Below, in pieces: positions 49,921 through 57,951 of a DNA stretch of 64,000 bases. Within the stretch, counting starts at the first letter, position 1, and each line of letters begins with the position of its first letter. Location: assembly GCA_050916045.1 (NCBI GenBank), contig CP051526.1:2432001-2496000 (forward strand). The letters run 5' to 3'. Position numbers and translations under genes: made by a program. Origin of the DNA: Tepidisphaera sp. GTDB taxonomy: Bacteria > Planctomycetota > Phycisphaerae > Phycisphaerales > UBA1924. A model generated the notes under the pieces. That model was not told the origin of the DNA. It made no database searches and worked only from the letters and a program-made list of their open reading frames with translations.

Positions 49921-51717
49921 GTGAGCGACACCGTGCTCCAACAAGTCCAGGCTTTCCTCAGCGCCGGCAAACTCGCCGAAGCGGAAGCCGCGCTCCAGCA
50001 GGCCATGCGCCGCGAACGCGCCCCCAACCCCAAGCTCGACCACGCCATGGCCGTCACCCTCGGCCGCATGAGCGGCCCCGGAAGCCGCGAAAGGCTCGTC
50101 CGCGCCGCTTTCTTCGCCGAAAGAGCCTGGGAAGCGTCCGGAGCCGGGCTCCAGACCGGCACCGCGACCCTCGGCATGACCTACGGCAAGCTCCTCGCCG
50201 CCATCGGCGACCACCCACGGGCGATCCCCGTCTTCCGCCGCATCCTCGACAAACGCCCCGACGCCCCCGGCGCAGGCCACGCACTCGCCGCCTCCCTCTC
50301 CGCAACCCACCAGCTCACCGAAGCCGCCGCGATCCTCACCGGCCTCCACGCCAAGACCGGCGGCGACGACCCGATCGTCGCTCCCGCCCTCGCCGCGACG
50401 CTCCTCTGGATGGGCGAGGTCGAGCAAGCCTGGAACCTCATCCGCCAAGCCGCCGACCGCCAGCCCGACGACCCGCTCATCGCCACCTCGCTCGCGAACA
50501 CCGCGTGCTACGTCCCGGGTCTCTCCCGCGAAGAGGAATGGCAAGCCCAGCGCCGGTACGGCGCGATCTTCGACCGCTCGGTCTCCATCACCAGCCCGCC
50601 GATCACCCCCCGCGACCCCGGCCGCCGCCCGCTCAAGGTCGGCTTCCTGTCGCCGGACTTCCGGGCCCACTCGGTGGCTTCGTTCCTCCTGCCCCTGCTG
50701 ACCGCCCTCGACCCGGCGGAGATTCGGCCGTACCTCTACTTCACCGGCACGCCCGACGAGGAAACCGCGCGATTCCAGAAACTCGCCTGCGTCTTCCGCG
50801 ACGTCGCCCACCTCTCCGACAAGGACATCGCCGAGACCGTGCGAGCCGAGGAGATCGATGTGCTCATCGACCTCTCGGGGCACACGCGTGGGCACCGTCT
50901 CCCGGTCTTTCTCTTCCGCGCGGCACCGGTCCAGCTCGCGTACCTCGGCTATCCCTCAATCACCGGCCTCTCGCAGATGGATGGCCGGCTCGTCGACGCG
51001 ATCACCGACCCGGTCGGTGAAGAGAACACGGTCACCAGCGAAAGACTCATCCGCCTTGAGGCTCCGTTCCTCTGCTACGAACCGCCGCCCATGCCCGAAG
51101 CCGTCGCGAAAGCCCGCGCCGGACCATGTCCCGCGGACAAGCCCTTCACCTTCGGCTCCTTCAACGCCGCCAGCAAGCTCAACCCCGGCGTCCTCGCCGC
51201 GTGGGCCGAGATCCTCCGCGCCGCCCCCGCTTCCCGCCTCACGCTCAAAGCCACTTCCTTCGCCGACGCTGGCGTCCGCGACTCCACCCTTCGCAAGTTC
51301 GAAGCTCTCGGCGTGCCCCGCGAACGCGTCACGATCCTCCCCCCCACGGCTTCCCGCCAGGCCCACCTCGCCGCCTACGCCGACATCGACCTCGCCCTCG
51401 ACACCTTCCCCTACAACGGCACCACCACCACCTGCGAAGCCGCCGCGATGGGTATCCCCACGCTCACCCTCCAAAGCGACCGCCACGCCGGCCGCGTCGG
51501 CGCGACGATCAATCACGCTCTGGGCCTCGGCCACCTGATCGCCAAGACCGTGCCGGAGTACGTCGCCACGGCCATCCGCACCGCCGAGCACCGCACCGCC
51601 CCCGCTTCCTCATCCCTCCGCGAAACCCTCCTCAAGAGCCCGCTCTGCGACGCCAGACGACTCGCAGCGTCGTTCGCCAGCGTGGTGAAAGCGCAGGCAC
51701 TCGGCACTGGGCACTAG
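49921..51717 (+). CDS. TPR + GT41 (OGT/SPINDLY-like) glycosyltransferase
   Basis: LKVGFLSPDFRAHSV, IDVLIDLSGHT, APVQLAYLGYP, FGSFN..SKL, LDTFPYNGTTTTCEA. Confidence 0.92.
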   Translation: MSDTVLQQVQAFLSAGKLAEAEAALQQAMRRERAPNPKLDHAMAVTLGRMSGPGSRERLVRAAFFAERAWEASGAGLQTGTATLGMTYGKLLAAIGDHPRAIPVFRRILDKRPDAPGAGHALAASLSATHQLTEAAAILTGLHAKTGGDDPIVAPALAATLLWMGEVEQAWNLIRQAADRQPDDPLIATSLANTACYVPGLSREEEWQAQRRYGAIFDRSVSITSPPITPRDPGRRPLKVGFLSPDFRAHSVASFLLPLLTALDPAEIRPYLYFTGTPDEETARFQKLACVFRDVAHLSDKDIAETVRAEEIDVLIDLSGHTRGHRLPVFLFRAAPVQLAYLGYPSITGLSQMDGRLVDAITDPVGEENTVTSERLIRLEAPFLCYEPPPMPEAVAKARAGPCPADKPFTFGSFNAASKLNPGVLAAWAEILRAAPASRLTLKATSFADAGVRDSTLRKFEALGVPRERVTILPPTASRQAHLAAYADIDLALDTFPYNGTTTTCEAAAMGIPTLTLQSDRHAGRVGATINHALGLGHLIAKTVPEYVATAIRTAEHRTAPASSSLRETLLKSPLCDARRLAASFASVVKAQALGTGH

Positions 51718-51808
51718 GCACTTGGGGTTGAAGCAAAAAGACCCCGCGCGGATCGCGCGGGGTCTTGGTTCCGTCTTCACTGGTGCGTGGTGCCCAGTGC
51801 CAAGTGCC
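51696..51808. repeat. Inverted arrays of GGCACTN heptamers (4+4) flanking a hairpin
   Basis: ggcactc ggcactg ggcacta ggcactt (51696-51723) ... tggtgcg tggtgcc cagtgcc aagtgcc (51781-51808). Confidence 0.8.
51738..51766. terminator. Terminator hairpin between convergent genes
   Basis: aagaccccgcgcg-gat-cgcgcggggtctt, preceded by an A-run (the U-tract for the - strand gene). Confidence 0.85.
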
Positions 51809-51819
51809 TTCTTCTCTCC

Positions 51820-52530
51820 TCAAGCCGCGAGCCCGACCGGGCCTTCACCGGTGCTTTCGGCGGAGGCGATGGTGAACGACCCGCCCGAGCCGACGCTCCC
51901 GAACTGGACCTTGAAGATCGGGCCGGAGACGCCGGGCTCGTTGCCGCGGCGGGCGGTGACGATGTACTCGACCTGATCGACGCCCACGGGGAGGGTCCCG
52001 TCGGTGAAGGACTTCTCCCGCCCGCCGGCGGTGCCGACGACGGAGAAGGGCCCTTCGCCGCCGTTGATCCGGCGGGAGACGACGTAGACGACGCTGCCGA
52101 CGCCGGTCGGCTGCGCCACCTTCCAGCGGAGCGTCAGCGAGCCATCGCCGTTGACGCCGACGGTGAACTGGTCGGGCGCGTTGGGGGCCGGGGGCGTGCC
52201 GGGGGCGTCGTTGGGCGAGACACCGGCGAGGACGTAGACGTTGGGGTTGTTGGTGGACTCGGCGAACGCCTTGATGAGGTTGACGTACTGCCCGCCGGTG
52301 GTACGGACGGAGCGGACGGCGTTGTCGAGGGCTTCGGTCGCGTTCTTGCTGGCGACGCGCGCCGCCTCGGCGGCGTCCCTCGCGGCGATGAAGGCGGTGA
52401 CGAGGTTCTTGAAACCCGTGATCTGACCGGGTTGAAGGCCCACGAGGGCACCGTTCAGCTGCCAGAGGGCGCTGCGGGTGTTGGCCCAGTTGGCCAGCTC
52501 GGGGATGGTGCGGGGAAGGTTGGTGCCCAT
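51820..52530 (-). CDS. Hypothetical protein: helical N-domain + fibronectin-III-like C-domain
   Basis: AAGGAG SD; Ala-rich helix, then P.AP....V...GSLTLRWK...YVVSRR...FTD.TLP...EYIVTARRG. No signal peptide. Confidence 0.8.
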   Translation of the reverse strand: MGTNLPRTIPELANWANTRSALWQLNGALVGLQPGQITGFKNLVTAFIAARDAAEAARVASKNATEALDNAVRSVRTTGGQYVNLIKAFAESTNNPNVYVLAGVSPNDAPGTPPAPNAPDQFTVGVNGDGSLTLRWKVAQPTGVGSVVYVVSRRINGGEGPFSVVGTAGGREKSFTDGTLPVGVDQVEYIVTARRGNEPGVSGPIFKVQFGSVGSGGSFTIASAESTGEGPVGLAA

Positions 52531-52755
52531 GGTCGTTGCTCCTTGGATCCGCTGGGGATCAAGCCGGGAGCAGACAGACGGACCTCCGCACCGGCGCACG
52601 CGCGACCGGATGACGCGGAATCGCTCCCGGAACAATCATCGAACCGGGGAGTGTGCCACTTCAATCGATGAAAAGAAAAACAGCACCTCGGCGGTGCTGC
52701 TGGGAGGCAATTTGTGATTGCGGGAGAGGGTGTCGTCCAAACCCGGCCGGTCGGG

Positions 52756-54678
52756 TCAGGGATTGCAGCCGTTCTCGAAGGCGAAGACGAACGCTTCGTA
52801 GTCGAAGAAATCCACAAAGGTGTCGAAATTCGCATCGGCATCTCTCAGCGGCGGACAATCCCCGCACTGGAAGCAGACGAGGTAGGCGTCATAGTCGAAG
52901 AAATCGATGAAGCTGTCGTAGTTGAAATCAGCGAGGCAGAAGTAATCGATGTTATCGATAGGGGTTACACAGTCGTCGATGAGGCCATCGTCGTTGCCAT
53001 CCTCGGTGGCCAACTCATCCTCATCGGGGATGTCGTTGCTGTTGCAGTCCCTTCCGATCGCGAACGTTGCGAACTGCTCGGCGCTGACCGGCACGTTTCC
53101 GGAAACCCCGTCGCACACGAGAATCGAAGGCCCCGTCGTCTTGGGAACAATGGCGTAGGTTCCGTGGGGCGGGGTCACGGCGCCGGATGCCCGGCGAAGG
53201 AAGAGCTTCCGCCCGGACACCACGGCCGTGAACGATGGTGACGCGTCAAAGATGTTCTCCTCGCACCCCTCGATCCCGGCGCCGCGGACCACGGTCACGG
53301 GCAGTTCAGTCGCGTTGGACGGGTGAAGGCGGACCGGCCCGTAAAACTCAAGCTCAACGAGGTTGGTGCTCGTCGAGGCGGCGTCATAGGCACTCTGAAG
53401 CAGAAGGTTGCTCGTGGTGTGATTGCCGTAAACCACACCGGAGTCCGCCGCGTGGACGGCGAAGGGGACGGCCCCCGACGCGCCGCCGCCGAAAGTGGAA
53501 GAGAGCGTCGTGTATTCTTCGGGGAGCGTGGCCCCGTTCACGCTGAGGACGCCGGACCAGACGCCGCTGGAGACGGTGTTGGAAGCATTCAGGATGATCT
53601 GCCCGGCGAGCCCGCTCGCGTTCCCGATGCGGATGATGCCGTTACTCTGCAACTGCTCGCCGATCTTTATCGTGCGACCGGAGACGAGCGAGCCGCCGAT
53701 GTTGATCTCATCGACGCTGTTGGATGAGTTGCGGACGGACTTCGAGATGGTCACGTCGGCGTTCAGGTTCCCGGAGACGGAGACCCGTGCGAACTCGCCG
53801 TCGGGAATACCCGCAACACCTGTTCCCCCTACGAAATCCGTGGTGTAACTGCCATTGAAGGAACCCCCGTTCGTGACGTTGAGCAGCCCGAGAGTGCCAG
53901 TCCCGGCGGTGGTCGTCGTCTCGATCACGGCGTCGAGATTCCTGGCTTCGATCCAACCAATGAAGTTCTTGGCCGAGATGACGGAAGGCAAGCCGGATGA
54001 GCCAATGATCGTCCCGGCGGGTGCCCGGAACGACTGGATGGACCCGTTGTCCGACACGACGGAGCCGCGCCATCCGGTGGTGCCTTCGGCGCGAACACCC
54101 CCGATGCTTGCCGGTCGGCCGAACTGACCCGTACCATTCGCCCGAAGCGTGCCCCATGCGTTACCGCTGCCGATGTTTGTAGCCACGATGAAGTTTTGGA
54201 TTCCGCTGGCGATAATCTCGCCCGGAGTTGTTGAGTCCCCGAACTGGCCGACGCTCCCGATTCCGAAGACCAGCGGCGAGGTACTGTTCGCCTCATCCAT
54301 GATTGCCTTACGAAAGAGGCTGATGGAATCTTCGGCTGGAACCAAGGGGACAATTGCAACCCTGCAGTAGCTCAGACTGCTCCCGTTGTCCACGCCCCCG
54401 TTGCCCGAAAGGTCGCGAAATGCAGTAACGGTGACCTGCTTGAACTTAACATTCAGCTGATTTACGTTGAGCGTGAGGGCAAACGGCTGCTGAAGCCCGG
54501 CATCTGCGAGGTGCTTGACCGTGATTCGGTACTCAGCGGACCATTCGCCCGTAGCACTGTCAAAACTGAACGAGTCTCGCACGTAGCTCCCATATGTCGA
54601 ACTGCTTGTCGTTTCGACCCAAGGTTGAGCAAGTGCGCTCGCCGACATGAACCAGACCACCGCCAAAACCGTCTTCAT
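52756..54678 (-). CDS. Secreted beta-rich protein with Asp-rich Ca-binding repeats and a double dockerin-like tail
   Basis: Signal peptide ending ALAQ; DCNSNDIPDED...DGNDDGLIDDC; CLADFNYDSFIDFFDYD...DANFDTFVDFFDYEAFVFAFENGCNP. Confidence 0.85.
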   Translation of the reverse strand: MKTVLAVVWFMSASALAQPWVETTSSSTYGSYVRDSFSFDSATGEWSAEYRITVKHLADAGLQQPFALTLNVNQLNVKFKQVTVTAFRDLSGNGGVDNGSSLSYCRVAIVPLVPAEDSISLFRKAIMDEANSTSPLVFGIGSVGQFGDSTTPGEIIASGIQNFIVATNIGSGNAWGTLRANGTGQFGRPASIGGVRAEGTTGWRGSVVSDNGSIQSFRAPAGTIIGSSGLPSVISAKNFIGWIEARNLDAVIETTTTAGTGTLGLLNVTNGGSFNGSYTTDFVGGTGVAGIPDGEFARVSVSGNLNADVTISKSVRNSSNSVDEINIGGSLVSGRTIKIGEQLQSNGIIRIGNASGLAGQIILNASNTVSSGVWSGVLSVNGATLPEEYTTLSSTFGGGASGAVPFAVHAADSGVVYGNHTTSNLLLQSAYDAASTSTNLVELEFYGPVRLHPSNATELPVTVVRGAGIEGCEENIFDASPSFTAVVSGRKLFLRRASGAVTPPHGTYAIVPKTTGPSILVCDGVSGNVPVSAEQFATFAIGRDCNSNDIPDEDELATEDGNDDGLIDDCVTPIDNIDYFCLADFNYDSFIDFFDYDAYLVCFQCGDCPPLRDADANFDTFVDFFDYEAFVFAFENGCNP

Positions 54679-55685
54679 GTTCGATCCTTTCTTCGAGCAG
54701 GAATCAGAATACCGATCACCAAGAGCGTAAGCACGGATGGTGAAGGAACGTTGGAGGCCAATCGCAGGCCAACAAGGCCGAGGACCGGATTGTCGATTCG
54801 AGCGGAACGAAGCCGATCCGTCTCATCCTGAAACACATCACCCAGTTCCGAGCCAAGAACCCCCCGGCCACGCCCGCCGAAAGCGGAAAGCTCGTTCCAT
54901 TCCATCACGCCCCCCGACATGTCGCACAATCCCCAAGGCCCGAAGGCCCCGTACGCCCCGACGGGTAAGCCCCCCACCCAGTCGGGGATGTTGAACCCCG
55001 CGCTCGTCTGTCCCCCCTCCCACGGAAGGCCGCTTCGGAGGACGGTTTCGCCGCCTCCGATGTAGGTCCAGTACCCCTCCTGCCCCGGTCCGTACCGGTT
55101 CGGGTCGTACCACGCCGCTTTCGTCCACTCATCCGCCGTCGGGATCCAGTATTTCGCCCCGGGCAGGTGCGTCGAAGCATCATTCAGCGATCCATCGGGA
55201 TTCTGCGTGAACGTCGAGGTGTCGTACGCCCCCGTTTCAAACGCCCACGCCCCGCTCGCCTTGTCGTTGTGCAGCCAGTTGCAGTACCGGGCCATGTTCC
55301 GCCACGAAACCGCCACCGCCACGGTGCCCGCGTCCTGCTCGATATAGAACTGGTCATTCCGATCCAGACCGATCCAGAACCCCGTGAGGGCCGTGTCGTC
55401 GCGCGGGTTCCCCTGGTAGTACGGCCGGTACGCGTTCAAGAACTCAAGCCACTGCGCGTTGGTCGTTTCCGTTTGGCTCAGCCGGTACTCGTAATCCACC
55501 CGGCCCAATCCCGGCCAGAACGGCGCTTCCTGCTCATTCGCCGTGCGGTTCCCGGGGTTCCCGATGGTCGCCCAGCCGTAGCCCCCGCTCGGCTGCCCCC
55601 ACGCCAAGGGCGCCGCGACCGCCAACCCCAGCGCGGCCGCCGTGAACGCCCGCAACGTCGGGCACGACCCATGTTCCTTCGCCAT
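54675..55685 (-). CDS. FGE-sulfatase (SUMF1)-fold protein with a PEP-CTERM-like sorting signal
   Basis: AGGAGG SD; IGNPGN, ETTNAQW, PTADEWTKAAWYD, GLCDMSGGVMEW, GLRLA, then VPSPS + hydrophobic stretch + RRK. ATGA-coupled to the next gene. Confidence 0.88.
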   Translation of the reverse strand: MAKEHGSCPTLRAFTAAALGLAVAAPLAWGQPSGGYGWATIGNPGNRTANEQEAPFWPGLGRVDYEYRLSQTETTNAQWLEFLNAYRPYYQGNPRDDTALTGFWIGLDRNDQFYIEQDAGTVAVAVSWRNMARYCNWLHNDKASGAWAFETGAYDTSTFTQNPDGSLNDASTHLPGAKYWIPTADEWTKAAWYDPNRYGPGQEGYWTYIGGGETVLRSGLPWEGGQTSAGFNIPDWVGGLPVGAYGAFGPWGLCDMSGGVMEWNELSAFGGRGRGVLGSELGDVFQDETDRLRSARIDNPVLGLVGLRLASNVPSPSVLTLLVIGILIPARRKDRT

Positions 55686-55863
55686 CGGTGACCTCCTGCA
55701 GGCGTGATCCTGCTCCGAGAACATACCACACATTCGGGTGAATCACCAACGAATGGGCCAAGAACCTTTGGAGAAGTTCACGCCAGCCATGCGCGTTCCG
55801 GCAGGCCGATCGCACGGACTCAAGTTCGTGCCGCGTGCCCAAGTCTCGCCGCAAGCCCATGTT

Positions 55864-56160
55864 GCACATGCCCCCACCCACGCCGTACCGGCCCCCACCC
55901 CCGCCGCACGCGTTCCCACGCCGGGCGACGACGGCTCAAAACCCCGCGCAGCGCTCTTCCGTCTCCTTGCTTTGCTCTTCTGCGAGCTTGCTTTGGGGTT
56001 CTGCGAGCTTGCTTTTCGCCGCAACGAGCTTGCATCGCGATGCTGCAAGGAGGCAGGGCGCGAAAACAAGGAGGCCGCGCGCCCCATTGAGGAGGTTTCA
56101 GCCTCCATCCGCGAGGTTGCGATGTTCCGCGCGAAGGTCGGACGACGCCGCGCGCGTGTC
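55864..56160. repeat. Degenerate 21-nt-period tandem array
   Basis: For example ttgctcttctgcgagcttgct / ttggggttctgcgagcttgct / tttcgccgcaacgagcttgca (55972-56034), and gcacatgcccccacccacgcc / gtaccggcccccacccccgcc (55864-55905). Confidence 0.75.
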
Positions 56161-56250
56161 GCGTGATGGAAGCACACCGCGTCCCTCCCTCGCTCGCGCG
56201 TCGGGCTCTGAAGGATCGGGCTCTTTCGTCTTCTCCGCGAAGCGGCGCGG

Positions 56251-57759
56251 TTACTGCCCCTGCGCCATGCTGTACCCCTTCACGCCGTCGAACAAGCGGA
56301 GGAGTTCGTACGAGCAGACCGTGAAGCTCTCGGCGATCTTGTCCATCAGGGCCACGCAGCGGCTCTGGCCGAACGTGCCGGCAGCGATGCCGTCCTTGAG
56401 CTCAAACCGCACGCGGTAGTAATCCACGCACTCGGTGTACACCGAGCCCGTCGGCCACACCTGCGTCCCGCGGTTGCTGATGATCGCGAGCTTGAAGGGT
56501 GTGTCCTGGCAGACGCGGTTCATCTCTTCCGCCAGCGCGAGCGGGGACAAGGTCGTGTCCAGATAAATGTCGCAGCCGACCACCTGCGTGGTGAGGTTCT
56601 TGAACGTGCGGATCACCTGCTGCCCCGTCGGCGCGGGCGGGCGGATGAAGCAGTGGTCCCCGGCCTGCGCCTCGGGGATCGGCGTCACCGTCTTGGGCGT
56701 GTTGCCCAGGTTGTCGATGATCGCCTGCGTGAATTCCTTCGTCCCAACCGGCGGCGTCACCTTCGCGCCGTTGGTCCCGCTGGTGTACCCGAAGTCCCCG
56801 GTGTGGATGCCGGACTCCAGCGTCGCGAGCAAAGCGTTCTCGATCGTCGCCGCTTCCTTGAACAAGCACAGGTGCCGGAGCATCATGAGGCCGCTGAGCA
56901 CGAGGCTGGTCGGGTTGGCGATCCCGCGCCCCGCGATGTCGGGCGCGGTGCCATGCACGGCTTCAAAGATCGAGATGTGGTTCCCGATGTTGGCCGAGGG
57001 CGCAAACCCCAAGCCGCCGACGAGGCCCGCCACCAGGTCCGAGACGATGTCCCCCTGCAGGTTCGGCAGCACCACCATCTTGTACTGCTGCGGCTTGAGG
57101 ACCAAGTTCATGCAGAGCGCGTCGACGATGACGTCCGCCTGCTCGATCTCCTGAAAGTCCTTGCCGACGGCTTTGAACCGATCGAGGAAGAGACCGTCGG
57201 ACATCTTCATGATGTTGGCTTTGTGCCCGCAGTGGATTTTCTTGAGCCCGAGCTTGCGGGCCGTCTGGTACGCGAAGCGGTGCACCTGATCGGATCCCGG
57301 CGCTGAGATCAGCCGCTTGCACTGCACCATGTCGCTCGACAAGCGGTGCTCGACGCCGCCGTAGGTGTCCTCGATGTTCTCGCGGACGATCGCCATGTCG
57401 ATGTTGATCCCGGCTTTGGAATAGACCGTCTCGACGCCGGGGAGGGTCTTGAAGACCCGGTAGTTCGCGTACGCGTTCCAGAGCTTGCGCGCCGTCACGT
57501 TGATCGACTTGCCGCCGCCGCCCTTGGGCGTCTCCATCGGCCCCTTGAACAGGATCCCGCACGACTCGACGGTGCGGATGCAGGCGTCGGACATCCCGCG
57601 GCTGTTCCCCTTGGCGAATTCGGCTCCACCCATCTCGACGGTGACAAAGTCCGCCTGGTTGTGCACGCCGGCGGCCTTAAAGAGGTCCATCGTGGCGGCC
57701 ATGATCTCGGGGCCGATCCCGTCACCGGGGGCAAGGGCGATCGTGAGGCTTCGGGACAT
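56251..57759 (-). CDS. icd: Isocitrate dehydrogenase (with C-terminal extension domain)
   Basis: GDGIGPEI, TPKGGGGKSINVTARK, RENIED, HKANIMK, NLQGDIVSD, FEAVHGTAPDIAG, ISNRGTQVWP, YSMAQGQ. Confidence 0.93.
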   Translation of the reverse strand: MSRSLTIALAPGDGIGPEIMAATMDLFKAAGVHNQADFVTVEMGGAEFAKGNSRGMSDACIRTVESCGILFKGPMETPKGGGGKSINVTARKLWNAYANYRVFKTLPGVETVYSKAGINIDMAIVRENIEDTYGGVEHRLSSDMVQCKRLISAPGSDQVHRFAYQTARKLGLKKIHCGHKANIMKMSDGLFLDRFKAVGKDFQEIEQADVIVDALCMNLVLKPQQYKMVVLPNLQGDIVSDLVAGLVGGLGFAPSANIGNHISIFEAVHGTAPDIAGRGIANPTSLVLSGLMMLRHLCLFKEAATIENALLATLESGIHTGDFGYTSGTNGAKVTPPVGTKEFTQAIIDNLGNTPKTVTPIPEAQAGDHCFIRPPAPTGQQVIRTFKNLTTQVVGCDIYLDTTLSPLALAEEMNRVCQDTPFKLAIISNRGTQVWPTGSVYTECVDYYRVRFELKDGIAAGTFGQSRCVALMDKIAESFTVCSYELLRLFDGVKGYSMAQGQ

Positions 57760-57817
57760 TGCGATCTCCAAGGGGTACGGATTCGAGAGGCCAACATTAG
57801 GCGGAAAAAGACGAAGA

Positions 57818-57917
57818 TTCACCACAGAGGCGCAGAGACACCGAGGGGAAAGCCCGACAAATTGGTTTCCTTTCAGTTCGCCCGCTCTTCTCCGTGTCTC
57901 GGCGCCTCTGCGGTGGA
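57818..57917. repeat. Imperfect 28-bp inverted repeat with ~9-nt internal period (REP/MITE-like)
   Basis: ttcaccacagaggcgcagagacaccgag versus the reverse complement of ctccgtgtctcggcgcctctgcggtgga (24/28). Confidence 0.8.
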
Positions 57918-57951
57918 CGCCTTCCCGCTCCCCGAGGGGTACCCTCCCGCG

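Noticed and set aside
54675..55685. FGE/C-type-lectin-fold gene as a diversity-generating retroelement target
   Set aside because: There is no reverse transcriptase in the window and no template repeat differing at adenines.
55864..56160. 21-nt array, heptamer arrays or dockerin-coding repeats as a CRISPR array
   Set aside because: There is no constant repeat with unique spacers and no cas genes; the dockerin repeats are protein-coding.
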